A stretch of DNA of 64,000 bases. Source: Octopus vulgaris (Eukaryota). A model generated the notes under the pieces. It saw nothing but the letters and a program-made list of their open reading frames with translations. It had not been told where the DNA came from and did not search any database. The position numbers and the translations under genes were made by a program. Numbering within the stretch: position 1 is the stretch's first letter; every line of letters starts with the position of its first letter. Positions 38,690 through 51,490 of the stretch are shown one piece after another. The stretch lies in assembly GCA_951406725.2 (NCBI GenBank), contig OX597836.1, positions 49,910,001-49,974,000 of the forward strand, in the 5' to 3' direction.

Positions 38690-38990
38690 CTTCTCAAAGC
38701 ACAAGGCCCGAATTTTGGGGGAGGGTGCCAATCGATTAGATCGACCTCAGTACGCAACTGGTACTTAATTTATCGACTCCACCGGATGGAAGGCAAAGTC
38801 GATCTCGGCGGAATTTGAACCCAGAACGTAAAGACAGACGAAATACCTATTTCTTTACTACCCTCGACAAACGGATTAAGTCGAATATATCGATCCCAGT
38901 GCGTAACTGGTACTTTAATCGACCCCGAAAGGATGAAAGGCTAAGTCTACCTCGCCCGGCGTGCTAACGGTTCTGCCAGCTCGCCGCTTC
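38690..38990 (-). mobile_element. SINE, second family, with internally duplicated central domain
   Basis: Two successive copies of cagt.cg.aactggtactt...atcgac...gaaagg. Confidence 0.65.
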
Positions 38991-39297
38991 AAGTATGTTA
39001 CAAAGAATGGCTGAACTCTCCAAGATATCTGTTAAAAGAATAATTTAGAAGAATGAATAATTTTTATATTTAGTCGACTTTACTGTCAAGAGTTATCTTT
39101 CTTTAAATTCGCGCGTCCGCATTTCTTTTTTTTTTTAAAAGGTCATGGATGGAAATAAAGAAAAAAATTGTAATATTAGCAGCAACATGCCATGAGCTAC
39201 TGAAAGGTAACGTGTTTTAGATAAGAAAGGAACTGGACACCTCACAAAGCGTGAAGAGTGGTTTTAATAGGATAACTGAGAGCAATTGAAATCTGTC

Positions 39298-39710
39298 ATC
39301 TTTTCGGTTTGAACGGCAGTTTTTTTAAAATAATTTCCACGTAACTAAACACTTTTAAACTTCGTATTCTGGTAGAATGTGTTTATAAAACATCTTTTTC
39401 TCTTGGCTTTATTGAGAAAATTCTATAGTTTATAAGATATTTGTTGTTTTTTTCTCCATTTTCTGCAGTTTCAAACCAATCAATGACGTCTATTCAGGTG
39501 AAAACATTCTGTGCCGTATGAATATGTTCCTCGTTTAAGAAACAGATTGGGTTTATTTACATTTGTGAAGAAAAAAAGACACCCTTCCCCGCACCCCTAA
39601 CCCTAGCCCTAAAACAGATTGAGATGCAATAGATCGATACTAGGGTCATAATTATGGGTGACAATTTCATATGACACCGCTAGAAAAACGGCCGTTCAAA
39701 CCGAAAAGAT
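39298..39710. mobile_element. MITE with 20-bp TIRs and internal telomere-like CCCTAA units
   Basis: atcttttcggtttgaacggc (39298-39317) and gccgttcaaaccgaaaagat (39691-39710); ccctaaccctagccctaa near 39595-39612. Confidence 0.8.
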
Positions 39711-39907
39711 CCGGGAATGAACAAAAGGCAATTTTAAATTAGAGCTCAGAATCTCTCTATCTCTATAGACTAATAGATAGATGGCTACAACAAATGGTTT
39801 GTTTACGCTTCCGTAATCTGGCGGTTCAGCAAAACTTAAATACTAAACCCTTCAAGGCGGTGCTCCAACATGGCCATAGTTCAATGACTGAAGCAAGTAA
39901 AAGTATA

Positions 39908-39939
<32 letters not shown>

Positions 39940-39944
39940 ATATT

Positions 39945-40116
39945 GAGGGTACTACTATTCGTAGATACCAACACGCTAAGAGGGACCAAAAAAGAATTCT
40001 TTTTTAAAATGATGTGTTTTGAAGTTTTGCATTCGGTAAAATTTTGTTTATTTTTAGTAGTTTTGACCGCATTGGTCCCTCTTAGCGTGTTGGTATCTAC
40101 GAATAGTAGTACCCTC
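39945..40116. mobile_element. Short palindromic MITE embedded in (TA)n
   Basis: Perfect TIRs of about 45 bp (gagggtactactattcgtagataccaacacgctaagagggaccaa). Confidence 0.8.
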
Positions 40117-41010
40117 AATATAATATAAATATATATATATATATATATATAAATGTTTATATATATATATATATCTGTATATATATATATATATATACAC
40201 ATAACATTTATATATATATATACACAAATATAGGAAATACATTTTATGTATGTTTATGATCTATCCATAAATATGTAGGTTTTTGATCCAAGCAAGAACA
40301 CAGGACTCAAAGCATCAACACACACACACACACACACACACACTGTGTGATAATGTAAGCAGTATGCGTGCGCGCAACGACTCTAGTATAACTTCCGGGT
40401 CAGGTCGAGATTATGAAAAAAAAAAAAACGCCAAAACCCTTGAATGAAAGACACGAAAACCGTGGACAGGACTTAAAATATAAACTCTTTCATTTTTAAT
40501 ATATGTTTAGATATTTCGAAATGGAATATTTTCCCATTAAATATCATCGTTTTCATGGTTTAATTTATAGCAAAATTTTCGCAGACAGATTATTCTATCT
40601 TTTCATTTCCTTGTGACATTCGCTGCGAGTTTTGCTTGTTTCGCTTCTCAGTCGCCACATATTTAGATTGGACACATCACATACACAACGAAATATATAT
40701 ACACACACACACACTCATATTTCTTGTATATATATACATATACATATTTCTTATATATTTATATATATATACATACACATACATACGCATATTTCTTGTA
40801 TATATACATATACATATTTCTTATATATATATATATAATATGTATATATTTATACATAGGAACACGCTAACGATCACCATGTTATTAAAACGTATATCTA
40901 CACGAGGAAATTCCTGAAAGAAAATAATTCTATATACATAAAGGAAAGTAACAGTATATACATACATACATACATACATACATACATACATACATACCTA
41001 CATACATACA

Positions 41011-41054
<44 letters not shown>

Positions 41055-42631
41055 ATATATATATGTATATATATGTGTGTGTAGCAGAAAAGAGTGTTTA
41101 AAGCTGCAGGTGAAGGAGTTTCAAATCCAATCGTGGATCTGGACGAGCCAGGAACGGTATGTTATTCCTATACTAATTGTTGTGTGATTGGAAACGGGAA
41201 CAAATGTTCCAGTTGTTGTCTGATTGTTTCAAAAAAAAAAAAAAAGCAGTTAATATTACAACTAGTTGTGATTTTATTTAGTACAAATTCGTAGTTCTTG
41301 CATATTTTCATTACTAATATATGTATACCCCCACACACACACACACGCATTTATTAGAATAGACTTCATCGCCTTTTCCCCATGTCTTCCAAGGAGTAAT
41401 TATGAGATACTTGGACTAAATTGTTGAATCCATGTCTTTTTTTTTTTTTCATAGGAAATCTAATTGATATTTCGTATGGTAATATGGTCAGTATCTGTAT
41501 ACACACGCGCGTATATGCATACATATTTATATAGAGAGAGAAGTGGTAAGGTTGAGTGCATGTTGAGTCAAAAACTGAGCTACATCCGCCACAAAAGTAA
41601 CAGATCTGTCTGATAACGTGTTTTCCATTTCCTTCATGTCTTCATCAAGCCCTTCAATCCCAAAGAAAAGCAACCTCTTTGATTCTGCTAAGCACCCTCG
41701 CTTCCACCGAACCAGAGACGGATATTCTTTGCAATCGTTCCATTAACTAGAAATAGTAACCAGATATCGCCCGAATCACACCTAATCATCTTAAGAGAGG
41801 TGCACTGGATAATGCCTTAGATACTATGCCGTGTCTATTAATAAGTTGGTTCAATCACAGCTGGAATGCCTTAGACACTATATCTGCTTGGCCAGAGCTG
41901 ACCTCTGACCTAACGGTAGTTGAACCACATCAAAGGTGATGGAAACCGACGTGAACAAGCATCTTTCATCACTTTAAATCTCAGTCTTTCGAAATATTCA
42001 CGCATCCCGTTTTCGAAGATCAAGATTGTGTTAGAGAGTTGCACGTCTCTCACCAACTGCTTTCTTGTCCTTGAAAATTACAACAAAAACCACAATTTCT
42101 TTCTGACGCCAGCACAACCTTCGTCGTGACTGGCTTTTGGTTCTTGTTTAGTGACCTGATTGAGGAGTAGTGACAGGGTAGAGTGTCACAGGCACAACAC
42201 AGTGAGCGAAAAAGTTTTGATCAATTGAGACTATCCGTGCAATTAGGAGATAAAAACTCCGTCTTATAGTGCAAAAACTCCAAAAATCTAAATCAAGAGA
42301 GATAACTCCAACAATATGAGGCAACTAAAGTGTCTGCAAAATACAAACAATGCAGACGGGAGTGGGTCGCAGTTTTAAGCCAAGTGCTGAAAGCAACACA
42401 TATTATAGAGAGGGTAGCTTGTGGCACGGTTCTACACACACACACTAGTATACGCTAGAAGTCACTTATTGTGAAAACTATAGGACAGAACCGATAACAA
42501 TAACCAGCAGAGAATATAACAATATCCTGAGCATGTTTGTAACTCAGTAATTTTCATAAAATAACTATTCCATTACATCCTGATTATAAGTGGCTTCTCT
42601 CTTTCTCTTTCCTACCCTTTGTGTGTGTGTG

Positions 42632-42710
<79 letters not shown>

Positions 42711-44837
42711 AATACATTAAAAGTGAAGTCAAATCTTGCTTGCTTGCTTGCAATGTTACACAGCCAAACTAATGCATAATGGAAAAATACTTTGAAAGTA
42801 AAGTGCCCCCGAAATGTGAATAAGAGTGGAATAAAACAAGTTTTGTGTAAATCGGACCAGTAGTTATTGAGATATTCGTGGTTTGTGGGTATGAATACCC
42901 AAAACAGTGCATATTGGGAAAATACTCCGAAAATAACTTAACCCTGAAAGGGAAGAAACTCTAACCTTTCCATTAGAAACATTATGATGGGCAAAATATT
43001 TTTTAAATATTTAAAAAAATATGGTAAATATTTCGTAAAAGACCCGTTTGTAATCTTGGTGCGAAATAGTTTTTTGCCATGGGGTTTTTTTTTTTTTAGT
43101 GCATTCAATGTATTTTACCTCCAAAGATTTGGCTGCTGTTTCTAGCAGGCCCTGCCACCACATAACAGCTTTTTGTAATATAGGACCCGAAATAACTGTT
43201 ACGTGGTAGCAGGGCATGCAAGAAAGAGCAGCTAAATCTTTCCTTTTCTGGGGAAAGGAGGTGTTTACACGTGATTTCGATGTCACATTCGTTGAAAGCA
43301 TGCAAAATAACATGGGAAAGAAAAAAAAACCCATTAAACTCCATTTATATATATATTATATATTATTTATTATTTGATTGAATGCGAGGCATCCATTGCC
43401 AGGTAAGTTTATCTTCACCTTTTTGATGCGACTCTCTACTCTATACTGTTTTCTTCCTCCATCCTTCTTTAATTCCTTTCTTCTCTCCCTCCCTCCTTCA
43501 CCGGTTTCTATCTCTCTTTCTCTTTTTCCTCTCTCTCATTACTCACATGTGACCATCGTCCATCTTTCTTTTCCTACATGGATGCTTAAAAGAGCAGATG
43601 TGTTTTTTTCTCTCTCTTCTATCTTTTCTTTTTCCCCCAAAAAATGTTTCTCCCAGCATTCACTATTTTCCTCTCCTTCTGGTCTAATGACCCTTCATGT
43701 TTGTTTTCGTTCCATTTCCTTATAATGTCTCCACTGTCATCTTTTTGCCTCCCACTTTGACCCTTCATAAATCCTAAATTTTATATTAGAATTTATGCAA
43801 GCTACTGTCTTTGAAGACTCATGTTGTTGTTTGAATGCTTGAAATGAGGAGTAGACGGCCGACACCTGATGAAGAGGCCTTTCTCTGTGTTTATTTATCC
43901 TGTTTTCCATATCTTCTCATTGTTTACATATTTCACTTGTTTTCCCCTCATTTGTTTATGTATTCCATGTTATTTGCACCGTTGGTGATGTCCTGTACCC
44001 ATATATGCATGTATATATATATATATATAGTTCAATTTGGCAACTCCATTAGAATGGATGAAAGCGCTGATATATGATGTATAAAAACATGTAATATACA
44101 AATAAATATCTGTAAATATAAAACCATCCAAATTTCTGAGTACCTCATTTCTTCTAATATAAAATACCTGTACATCATCTCCAAACCTTCTAATATATAT
44201 ATATTATATATTATTTAATTGAACGTGTTTCATCCAGTTCCAAGTAAGTTCATATATATATATGAATTAAATACTATATAACACAAAAAATCCTAATTTA
44301 TAAAAATTAGATTATCTCGAAGTGTAGAGGATTTATCCTAATTACCAAATGCCTCAGGTTTATTGGAGCTCGTCTTAATTGCTGTTTGGTAATTGCGACA
44401 AATCTGCAAGATGCAGAGATAATTTTAATTAACCAGGAATCTATGTTGTATGGTATTTGATACATCTGTATTTGTCTCTGTTAGTCAAATACATTTCATT
44501 GGCCACTGAGTTACTTCCCCTAACTCATTTTTGATTAAATTATGTAGATTACTTAGGCCATAATTGTCTTCAACTCTTTTCATATAAGTCTAAGTCCCTT
44601 GGCTTCTGATGTGCTGGTATTGCCTATTGAGGCACAAACAACTGTTCCCTTATTTCCAGACAATAAACATGTCCTTATTCTTAATGGCAATCCAGTTTTG
44701 AAGAAATTCTTGATTCTTTAGATTTCCTCCTCTTCTCAGGTGGAGTCGGTCTTTATTGTCATTTGGTAATTATAACACTTCTTCTTGAGGTGGAGACAAT
44801 TTTGATAAATCATGAATGTTTTGCACCAGGTTTGAGA

Positions 44838-44874
<37 letters not shown>

Positions 44875-45407
44875 TGATATTGAACGGTGAGAATGATTGC
44901 TCAGTACCATATTGTTTAATAAATATTGTTTATTTGTGGGTTACCAAGGTTTATCAATGGTTTCATGTAGAGAGAATCCTCACTACGATTATCAAGCTTG
45001 CCACATGGGAACATTGTTACTCATCTCCATAACACACACACACACACACATATCATCATCATTATTGTTTTAATGTCCACTTTTCTCTATGAATATAGCT
45101 CAGGTGGAATTTGTTGAGGCAAAGGTATATCTTCTATGGGCATATGCCTTTCCTGTTGCCAACACTCAACTAATTTAAAGCAAGATAATATTTCCCCATG
45201 GTCAGACATGTTTCCATGGAGACAAGGAAACACACACATGTGTGAGCATGTGGTTCTTAAGGCACACCACACTAAGCTATAAATGATAGCACGTAAACAT
45301 CCATTAGACATTCTAAAATACTATTAAATTTCATTCAATTTTAAAAAGGGTAAAATCAGACAGAACTTATGGGATGACCTGATATATACATATATATATA
45401 TATATGC

Positions 45408-45498
<91 letters not shown>

Positions 45499-45499
45499 T

Positions 45500-46357
45500 G
45501 TGTGGTGTGCAAGAGAGACGTTTGCGCTGGTATGGTCATGTGGCGAGAATGGATGAAGATAGTTGTGTGAAAAAGTGCCACACCTAGCGGTTGAGGGAAC
45601 CTGTGGAAGAGGCAGACCCAGGAAAACCTGGGACGAGGTGGTGAAGCACGACCTTCGAACTTTAGGTCTCACTGAGGAAATGACTAGAGACCGAGACCTC
45701 TGGAAGTGTGCTGTGCGCGAGAAGACCCGGCAGGACAAGTGAGTCCATAACCCGTGGCCTTCTACATGGGATGGAGCCGGCCTACGTATGCATACCTTCC
45801 CTTCTTGGGACACAAAACTCTACTTGTGAAGACGTGTTGAGGCAAGTGAGGATCAGAATCGAAATCGATCAATGGAAATTGCGGATGTGCTACCAGTGCC
45901 GGTGGCATGTCAAAACTCTGCTTGTGAAGACCCGTTGAGGCAAGTGAGGATCAGAATCGAAATCGATCAATGGAAATCGATCAATGGAAATTGCAGATGT
46001 GTTACCAGTGCCGGTGGCATGTAAGAGAACTTTCCGTTTCGCGACCGTTGCCAGCACCGCCCCGTTTCGTGTCCGTTGCCAGCCTCGCCTGGCCCTCGTG
46101 CCGGTGGCACATAAAAAGCACCATCCGTTCGTGGCCGTTTGCCAGCTCTGTCTGGCACCAGTGCGGGTGGCACGTAAAAAGCACCCACTACACTCACGGA
46201 GTGGTTGGCGTTAGGAAGGGCATCCAGCCGTAGAAACACTGCCAGATTTGACTGGGCCTGATGAAGCCTTCTGGCTTCACAGACCCCAGTAGAACCGTCC
46301 AACCCATGCTAGCATGGAAAACGGACGCTAAACGATGATGATGATGATGATGATGAT
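45500..46357 (+). mobile_element. RTE-clade LINE 3' end (ORF C-terminus, 3'UTR and (GAT)n tail)
   Basis: [17 protein letters not shown]...[22 protein letters not shown]...DRDLWK; ends gcatggaaaacggacgctaaacgatgatgat. Confidence 0.9.
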
Positions 46358-46484
46358 GTGTGTATGTATGTATATATATACATATGTGTGTATGTATGTA
46401 TGTATGTATGTGTGTATGTATGTATATATATATACATATGTATATATATGTATGTGTGTATATATATATGTGTGTGTGTGTGTG

Positions 46485-46532
<48 letters not shown>

Positions 46533-46607
46533 TAAAAGTAGGAGAAATTGAATCATAAAAAATCACAGTAAAGATACGTCCATAATATAAACAATATCAG
46601 TTACATA

Positions 46608-47013
46608 GGCGCAGGAGTGGCTGTGTGGTAAGTAGCTTGCTTACCAACCACATGGTTCTGGTTGCATTCCAACTGTGTGGCACCTTGGGCAAGTGTCTTC
46701 TACTATGGCCTCAGGCTGTCCAAAGTCTTGTGAATGGATTTGGTAGATGGAAACTGAAAGAAGCCTGTCGTATATATGTATATCTATATGTATGTGTGTA
46801 TATGTTTGTGTGTCTGAGTTTGTCCCCCAACATCACTTGACAACCAATGGTTGTGTGTTTACGTCCCCGTAACTTAGTGGTTAGACCAAAGAGACCAATA
46901 GAATAAGTACTAGGCTTACAAAGAATAAGTCCTGGGGTCGATTTGCTCGACTAAAGGTGGTGCTGCAGCATGGCCGCAGTCAAATGACTGAAACAAGTAA
47001 AAGAGTAAAAGAG
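46608..47013 (+). mobile_element. Full-length tRNA-derived CORE-type SINE
   Basis: Head ggcgcaggagtggctgtgtggtaag, CORE-like ggcaccttgggcaagtgtcttctactat, internal TA/TG microsatellite, tail aagtaaaagagtaaaagag. Confidence 0.8.
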
Positions 47014-47347
47014 AATATCATGTTAATAAATAAATATATAAAGTATAACTATGATTATTTAAAAGATTTGAGAGATCTTACGATCGTTTCATGAATAATC
47101 CAACCTTTCCAAATGAAATCCAAAGCTGGTAACCATTATTAGGAAGTTTATCCACTCATCAGAGAAAAGGATGAATTTCAGTGTTGTAAATCGAATGAAA
47201 GAGATGCTATTTAAAATCGTATGATAAAGTGGTTGTTTAAAAAGCTATTGGTATAGATGTATATAGGTATAAATTTGGGCTAAGAGTTTTGAAAAAAAAA
47301 ATATAAATTCATGGTAAAATCCTTTGTAAGAATCCGTAATGGGTGTG

Positions 47348-47391
<44 letters not shown>

Positions 47392-47394
47392 CAA

Positions 47395-47860
47395 AATAGA
47401 TGAACATCAATGGAATTTGTATCTTTGTGGTACCAGTGCCGGTGGCACACAAGAAAACCATCCGAACGTAGCCGTAGCCAGTACCGCATCGACTGGCCTC
47501 CGTGCTGTGGGCACGTAACAAACACCATCCGATCGTGTCCGTTCGCCAGCCTCATCTGGCACTTGTGTCGGTGGCACATAAAAACACCATCCGAGCGTGG
47601 CCGACTGCCAGCCTCGTCTGGCACCTGTGTCGGTGGCACATAAAAAACACCATCCGATCGTGGCCGTTCGCCAGCCTCGTCTGGCACCTGTGTCGGTGGC
47701 ACATAAAATCACCCACTACACTCTTGGAGTGGTTGGCGTTAGGAAGGGCATCCAGCTGTAGAAACTGGCCTGGTGCAGCCTTCGGGCTCCCCAGACCCCA
47801 GTTGAACCGTCCAACCCATGCTAGCATGGAAAGCGGACGTTAAATGATGATGATGATGAT
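47395..47860 (+). mobile_element. RTE 3'UTR-derived element with internal tandem units of about 60 bp
   Basis: Three to four units of aaacaccatccga.cgtg.ccg..gccagcctc.tctggcac.tgtgtcggtggcac; same 3' tail as 45500-46357. Confidence 0.75.
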
Positions 47861-47875
47861 ATATATATATGAAGC

Positions 47876-48331
47876 AGTTGTATACTGTCAACTTAACGTG
47901 ACAGTCCCATAAAAGGAATCACACCACCGCTATTTAGCCCTAGGAAGCATCGACGCTTCCTGTCGGCCTTGACACATTTCCTGTGTCCTTATGTGTACAA
48001 AGGGGAGACAAGCACCTCCACCCAGCTAAGCCTGCATCCAGGGACTAGTTTCTGAGTCTTGCTCATCATCAGTCTGGAGTACCCGTGGCCTGCAGCTGAA
48101 GATGCCTGTCTAGCTGGAGATGCCTGTCTAGGCCTTGTAAACATAATTTCAGTGAAGTAAATTTACTGATCACAAAAAATGAAAATATTAAATTTCTAAA
48201 TATCTCAGAGAGATATAAGGACACAGGAAATGTGTCAAGGCCGACAGGAAGCGTTGATGCTTCCTCGGGCTAAATAGCAGTAGTATTATTCCCTTTATGG
48301 GACTGTCACATTAAGTTGGCAGTATACAACT
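47876..48331. mobile_element. Inverted-repeat element (arms about 115 bp) enclosing a hammerhead motif; Penelope-like terminal-repeat remnant or MITE
   Basis: 47876-47990 is inverted at 48214-48331. Confidence 0.65.
48037..48078 (-). ncRNA. Minimal type I hammerhead ribozyme motif
   Basis: Minus strand reads UCCAGA-CUGAUGA-UGAG-CAAGA-CUCA-GAAA-CUA-GUC-CCUGGA: complete core, stem II UGAG/CUCA, palindromic helix III ACUAGU, stem I UCCAG/CUGGA. Confidence 0.7.
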
Positions 48332-48354
48332 ACTCTATCGTTCCACCACTGCTT

Positions 48355-48560
48355 ATATCTCTCTGGTCCGAAATTTTTGGGGAAGGGATTAAGTCGATTA
48401 CATCGACCCCAGTGCGTAATTGGTACTTATTTTATCGACCCCGAAAGGATGAAAGGCAAAGTCGACCTCGGCAGAATTTGAACTCAGAATGTAAAGACAG
48501 ACGAAATACCACTAAGCATTTCGCCCAGCTTGCTAACGTTTCTGCCAGTTCTCCGTCTTC
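48355..48560 (-). mobile_element. SINE, second family
   Basis: atcgaccccgaaaggatgaaaggcaaagtcgacctcggcagaatttgaactc. Confidence 0.75.
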
Positions 48561-48701
48561 ACTATATTCATAATATTAAATAAATAATGTGTTTATATAT
48601 ATATGTGTGTGTATACACACACATACAAACTCACACAATTATTGGGCTCTACACAGTCCACCAGTCAATTAACTCAGTAGCGTTCCTGCATGTATTTGGC
48701 T

Positions 48702-48771
48702 AACAGGGTACTCTGAACAGGGTACTCTGAACAGGGTACTCTGAACAGGGTACTCTGAACAGGGTACTCTG
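48702..48771. repeat. 14-bp tandem repeat, 5 copies (aacagggtactctg)
   Basis: Five perfect contiguous units. Confidence 0.92.
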
Positions 48772-49269
48772 AATGAATACCAATGATACTTTTCATCAGG
48801 CAGTCAATAAAACAAACATTGTCATATCAACTTGTTTATGATATTAACCACTCTGAATATCCATTATATGTAGCAATAATATGTTGCACATTTATTGTGG
48901 TGTAAAATGTAATAATAAATAAATATGAATAGAGATATTGGTCAAATTATGTTACATGTATCTCCATTGAACAGTCGGTTATTCAATAATGTATTACTCT
49001 ATAATATGTAATAATACATTAATGAATAAATAACCATTTTATGGAAACACATGTAACATAATTTGAACAGTATCTCTATTCATATTGATACATAGTTATA
49101 TTATGTCTCAAATAATAATAAGCAGAAAACAGGTGTGGTATTTAAAGTTTTCAATGATATAAATGTATTTCAAGAAAATGCTAAAATATTCACATAACAG
49201 TTGAGAAACATTATGCAATTATGCATTTCACCTCATCATTGTATTGCAATAAATATATATATATATATC

Positions 49270-49530
49270 AGCATCGCCTTACTGGCACCTGTGCCGGTGG
49301 CATGTGTAAAAAGATTCGTTGCCAGTTCTGCCTGACTGGCCCCATGCTGGTGGCACATAAAAGCACCCACTACACTCTCGGAGTGGTTGGCGTTAGGAAG
49401 GGCATCAAGCTGTAGAAACTCTGCCAGATCAAAATTGAAGCCTGGTGCAGCCATCTGGTTCGCCAGCCCTCAGTCCCATCGTCCAACCCATGCTAGCATG
49501 GAAAGCGGACGTTAAACGATGATGATGATA
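49270..49530 (+). mobile_element. RTE 3'-tail element
   Basis: gagtggttggcgttaggaagggcatc...gcatggaaagcggacgttaaacgatgatgat shared with 45500-46357. Confidence 0.75.
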
Positions 49531-49714
49531 TAGTGAGAATTTACAAAAAATGAAAGATGAATATAAACAGCAAACAGATGTATTAGTTTAATGCTCGGGA
49601 AGTGAGAAAGTCTTTTACGTTTCGAGCCAACGCTCTTCAACAGAAAGGAACACAGAAATAAACAGGGAGAGAAAATAGAAAAAGGTTTAGTGGCTAGCAG
49701 TCTAGTATATATTT

Positions 49715-49964
49715 ATTCTTTTACTTGTTTCAGTCATTTGACTGTGGGCATACTGGAGCACCACATTTAGTCAAACAAATTGGCCCCAGGACTTATTCCT
49801 TGTAAGCCTAGTACTTATTGTATTGGTCTCTTTTGCTGAACTGTTGAGTTACGGGGGACATAAACACACCAACATCGGTTGTCAAGTGATGGTAGGGGTA
49901 CAAACACAGGTACAAAAACATATACATACATATATACATACATACATATGTATATATATTTATA

Positions 49965-50016
<52 letters not shown>

Positions 50017-50180
50017 ACAGGCTTCTTTCAGCTTCTGCTTACCAAATCCACTCACAAGGATTTTGTCAGCCCGAAGCTATAGTAGAAGACACTTGCTCAA
50101 GGTGCCACACTGTGGGTCTGAACCCAGGACCATGTAGTTGGGAAGGAAGCCCCTTACCACACAGCCCCTCCTGCACCTGT
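49715..50180 (-). mobile_element. CORE-type SINE
   Basis: Reverse-complement copy of the 46608-47013 family. Confidence 0.75.
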
Positions 50181-50531
50181 ATACAGGGTTGGCCAAAAGT
50201 CACCCGACAGTAAATCAAAGTTCCATAAATACTTAATATTCAATTTTATTTATTCTTTCCAATTAGGAATGTTCAATAATTGAATGCTGTGAGCTAAATC
50301 ACTGTTTGTCTGTTTATTAATGAAGTCTCATATAAAATAATTTTTTGTTTTAATCTTCGAATTACTGTATTTTAATGTGTAAAAAGAACCCTTTTTTGTC
50401 AAAAATTAGGTTTAAAAATATGGGATTTTCTTATACATGGATAGTATTATACCTTACAAAACCTTTTTTCAAAATTTTAAGCCCCAAAACTTAGGGAGTT
50501 CCTTATACACGTTACAATACGGTAAATGGTT

Positions 50532-50595
<64 letters not shown>

Positions 50596-50611
50596 GTGTG
50601 TGTGTATATTC

Positions 50612-50880
50612 ATCCATTTTGCCACCCAATATTCCTTGTAGAGTCTTGCTAGTAGAATCCTCAGGCACCTCCTCCATGGCATCCTATCAGAATCAACTAT
50701 CATTAGACTTTCCATCTGGATTCCCAAGTGTGACCGAATAAAACTACGGATACTATCAACCCATTTCATTCTTGATTGGTCCCTGAGTCTTCTGGTGGTT
50801 GGCTCAGTTTGAAGAATTTGTCTTGTAATTCTTTCCTGTAATATTCTCATCACATGTCTGCAGTACTAGAGCTGTAACCT
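50612..50880 (-). mobile_element. Degenerate RTE-type LINE 3' fragment
   Basis: QERITRQILQTEPTTRRLRDQSRMKWVD; a related fragment lies at about 53435-53650. Confidence 0.55.
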
Positions 50881-51490
50881 CTCAATGCATAAAAGTCAAG
50901 GCTTGTACTGGATATATATATTATCTACTACATATGTGGAAAATTGGTGTGTGTTTGTTTGTGGCGTTGTTTGCTGCCTCCTCCTACATCGTTGAAACTT
51001 GCGACGTGAGTAGAACCCATGTCTGGAAACCTCGTGACATACTTAGATTGTTGAAAGAAATCGATAATACAGCCCTGGAAGGGACCTTTATATCTACCTC
51101 ATATAACTATTTTATTTTAAATATTCAAGGGAAATAATCCATAGCACCTATACAATACTTTTTTAAGCATTCAAGAGAAATAACCCATTTCATTGTTTAC
51201 ATTCAATTACTTTGAATATTGATTTTTTTGTGTCCTCTTTCTAATTTTTGCCAACAATATCAATTTTATACTTTATTTGACACGTGAGTAGAACTCATGT
51301 CTAGAAACCTCATGACATACTTAGATTGTTGAAAAAAATTGATAATAGGGCCCTTCCAATGGATCCTTCTCACAATCAGCTGACCTAATTCTGCATTTCA
51401 CTACTCACAGTTTTCAACTACCAACATTTATTATTGCACTTCCTTAATTTGAATCTTAAACATTAAAGACTTCATTCATACATTTCTATA

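Noticed and set aside
39593-39612. Interstitial telomere or chromosome fusion site
   Set aside because: Only about three imperfect CCCTAA units, internal to a TIR-bounded element.
46194-46566. [12 protein letters not shown]-rich ORFs here and elsewhere (40632, 45324, 49808, 51598)
   Set aside because: They are translations of stop-free dinucleotide microsatellites.
48702-48771. Short direct repeats as a CRISPR array (also 6146-6239 and 47520-47710)
   Set aside because: Units are contiguous with no unique spacers, there are no cas genes, and the context is eukaryotic.
50182-50215. Tc1/mariner element (TA-cagggttggccaaaagtcaccc; similar lone end near 45362-45384)
   Set aside because: Only one TIR-like end was found, with no partner or transposase, so it is not listed as a feature.
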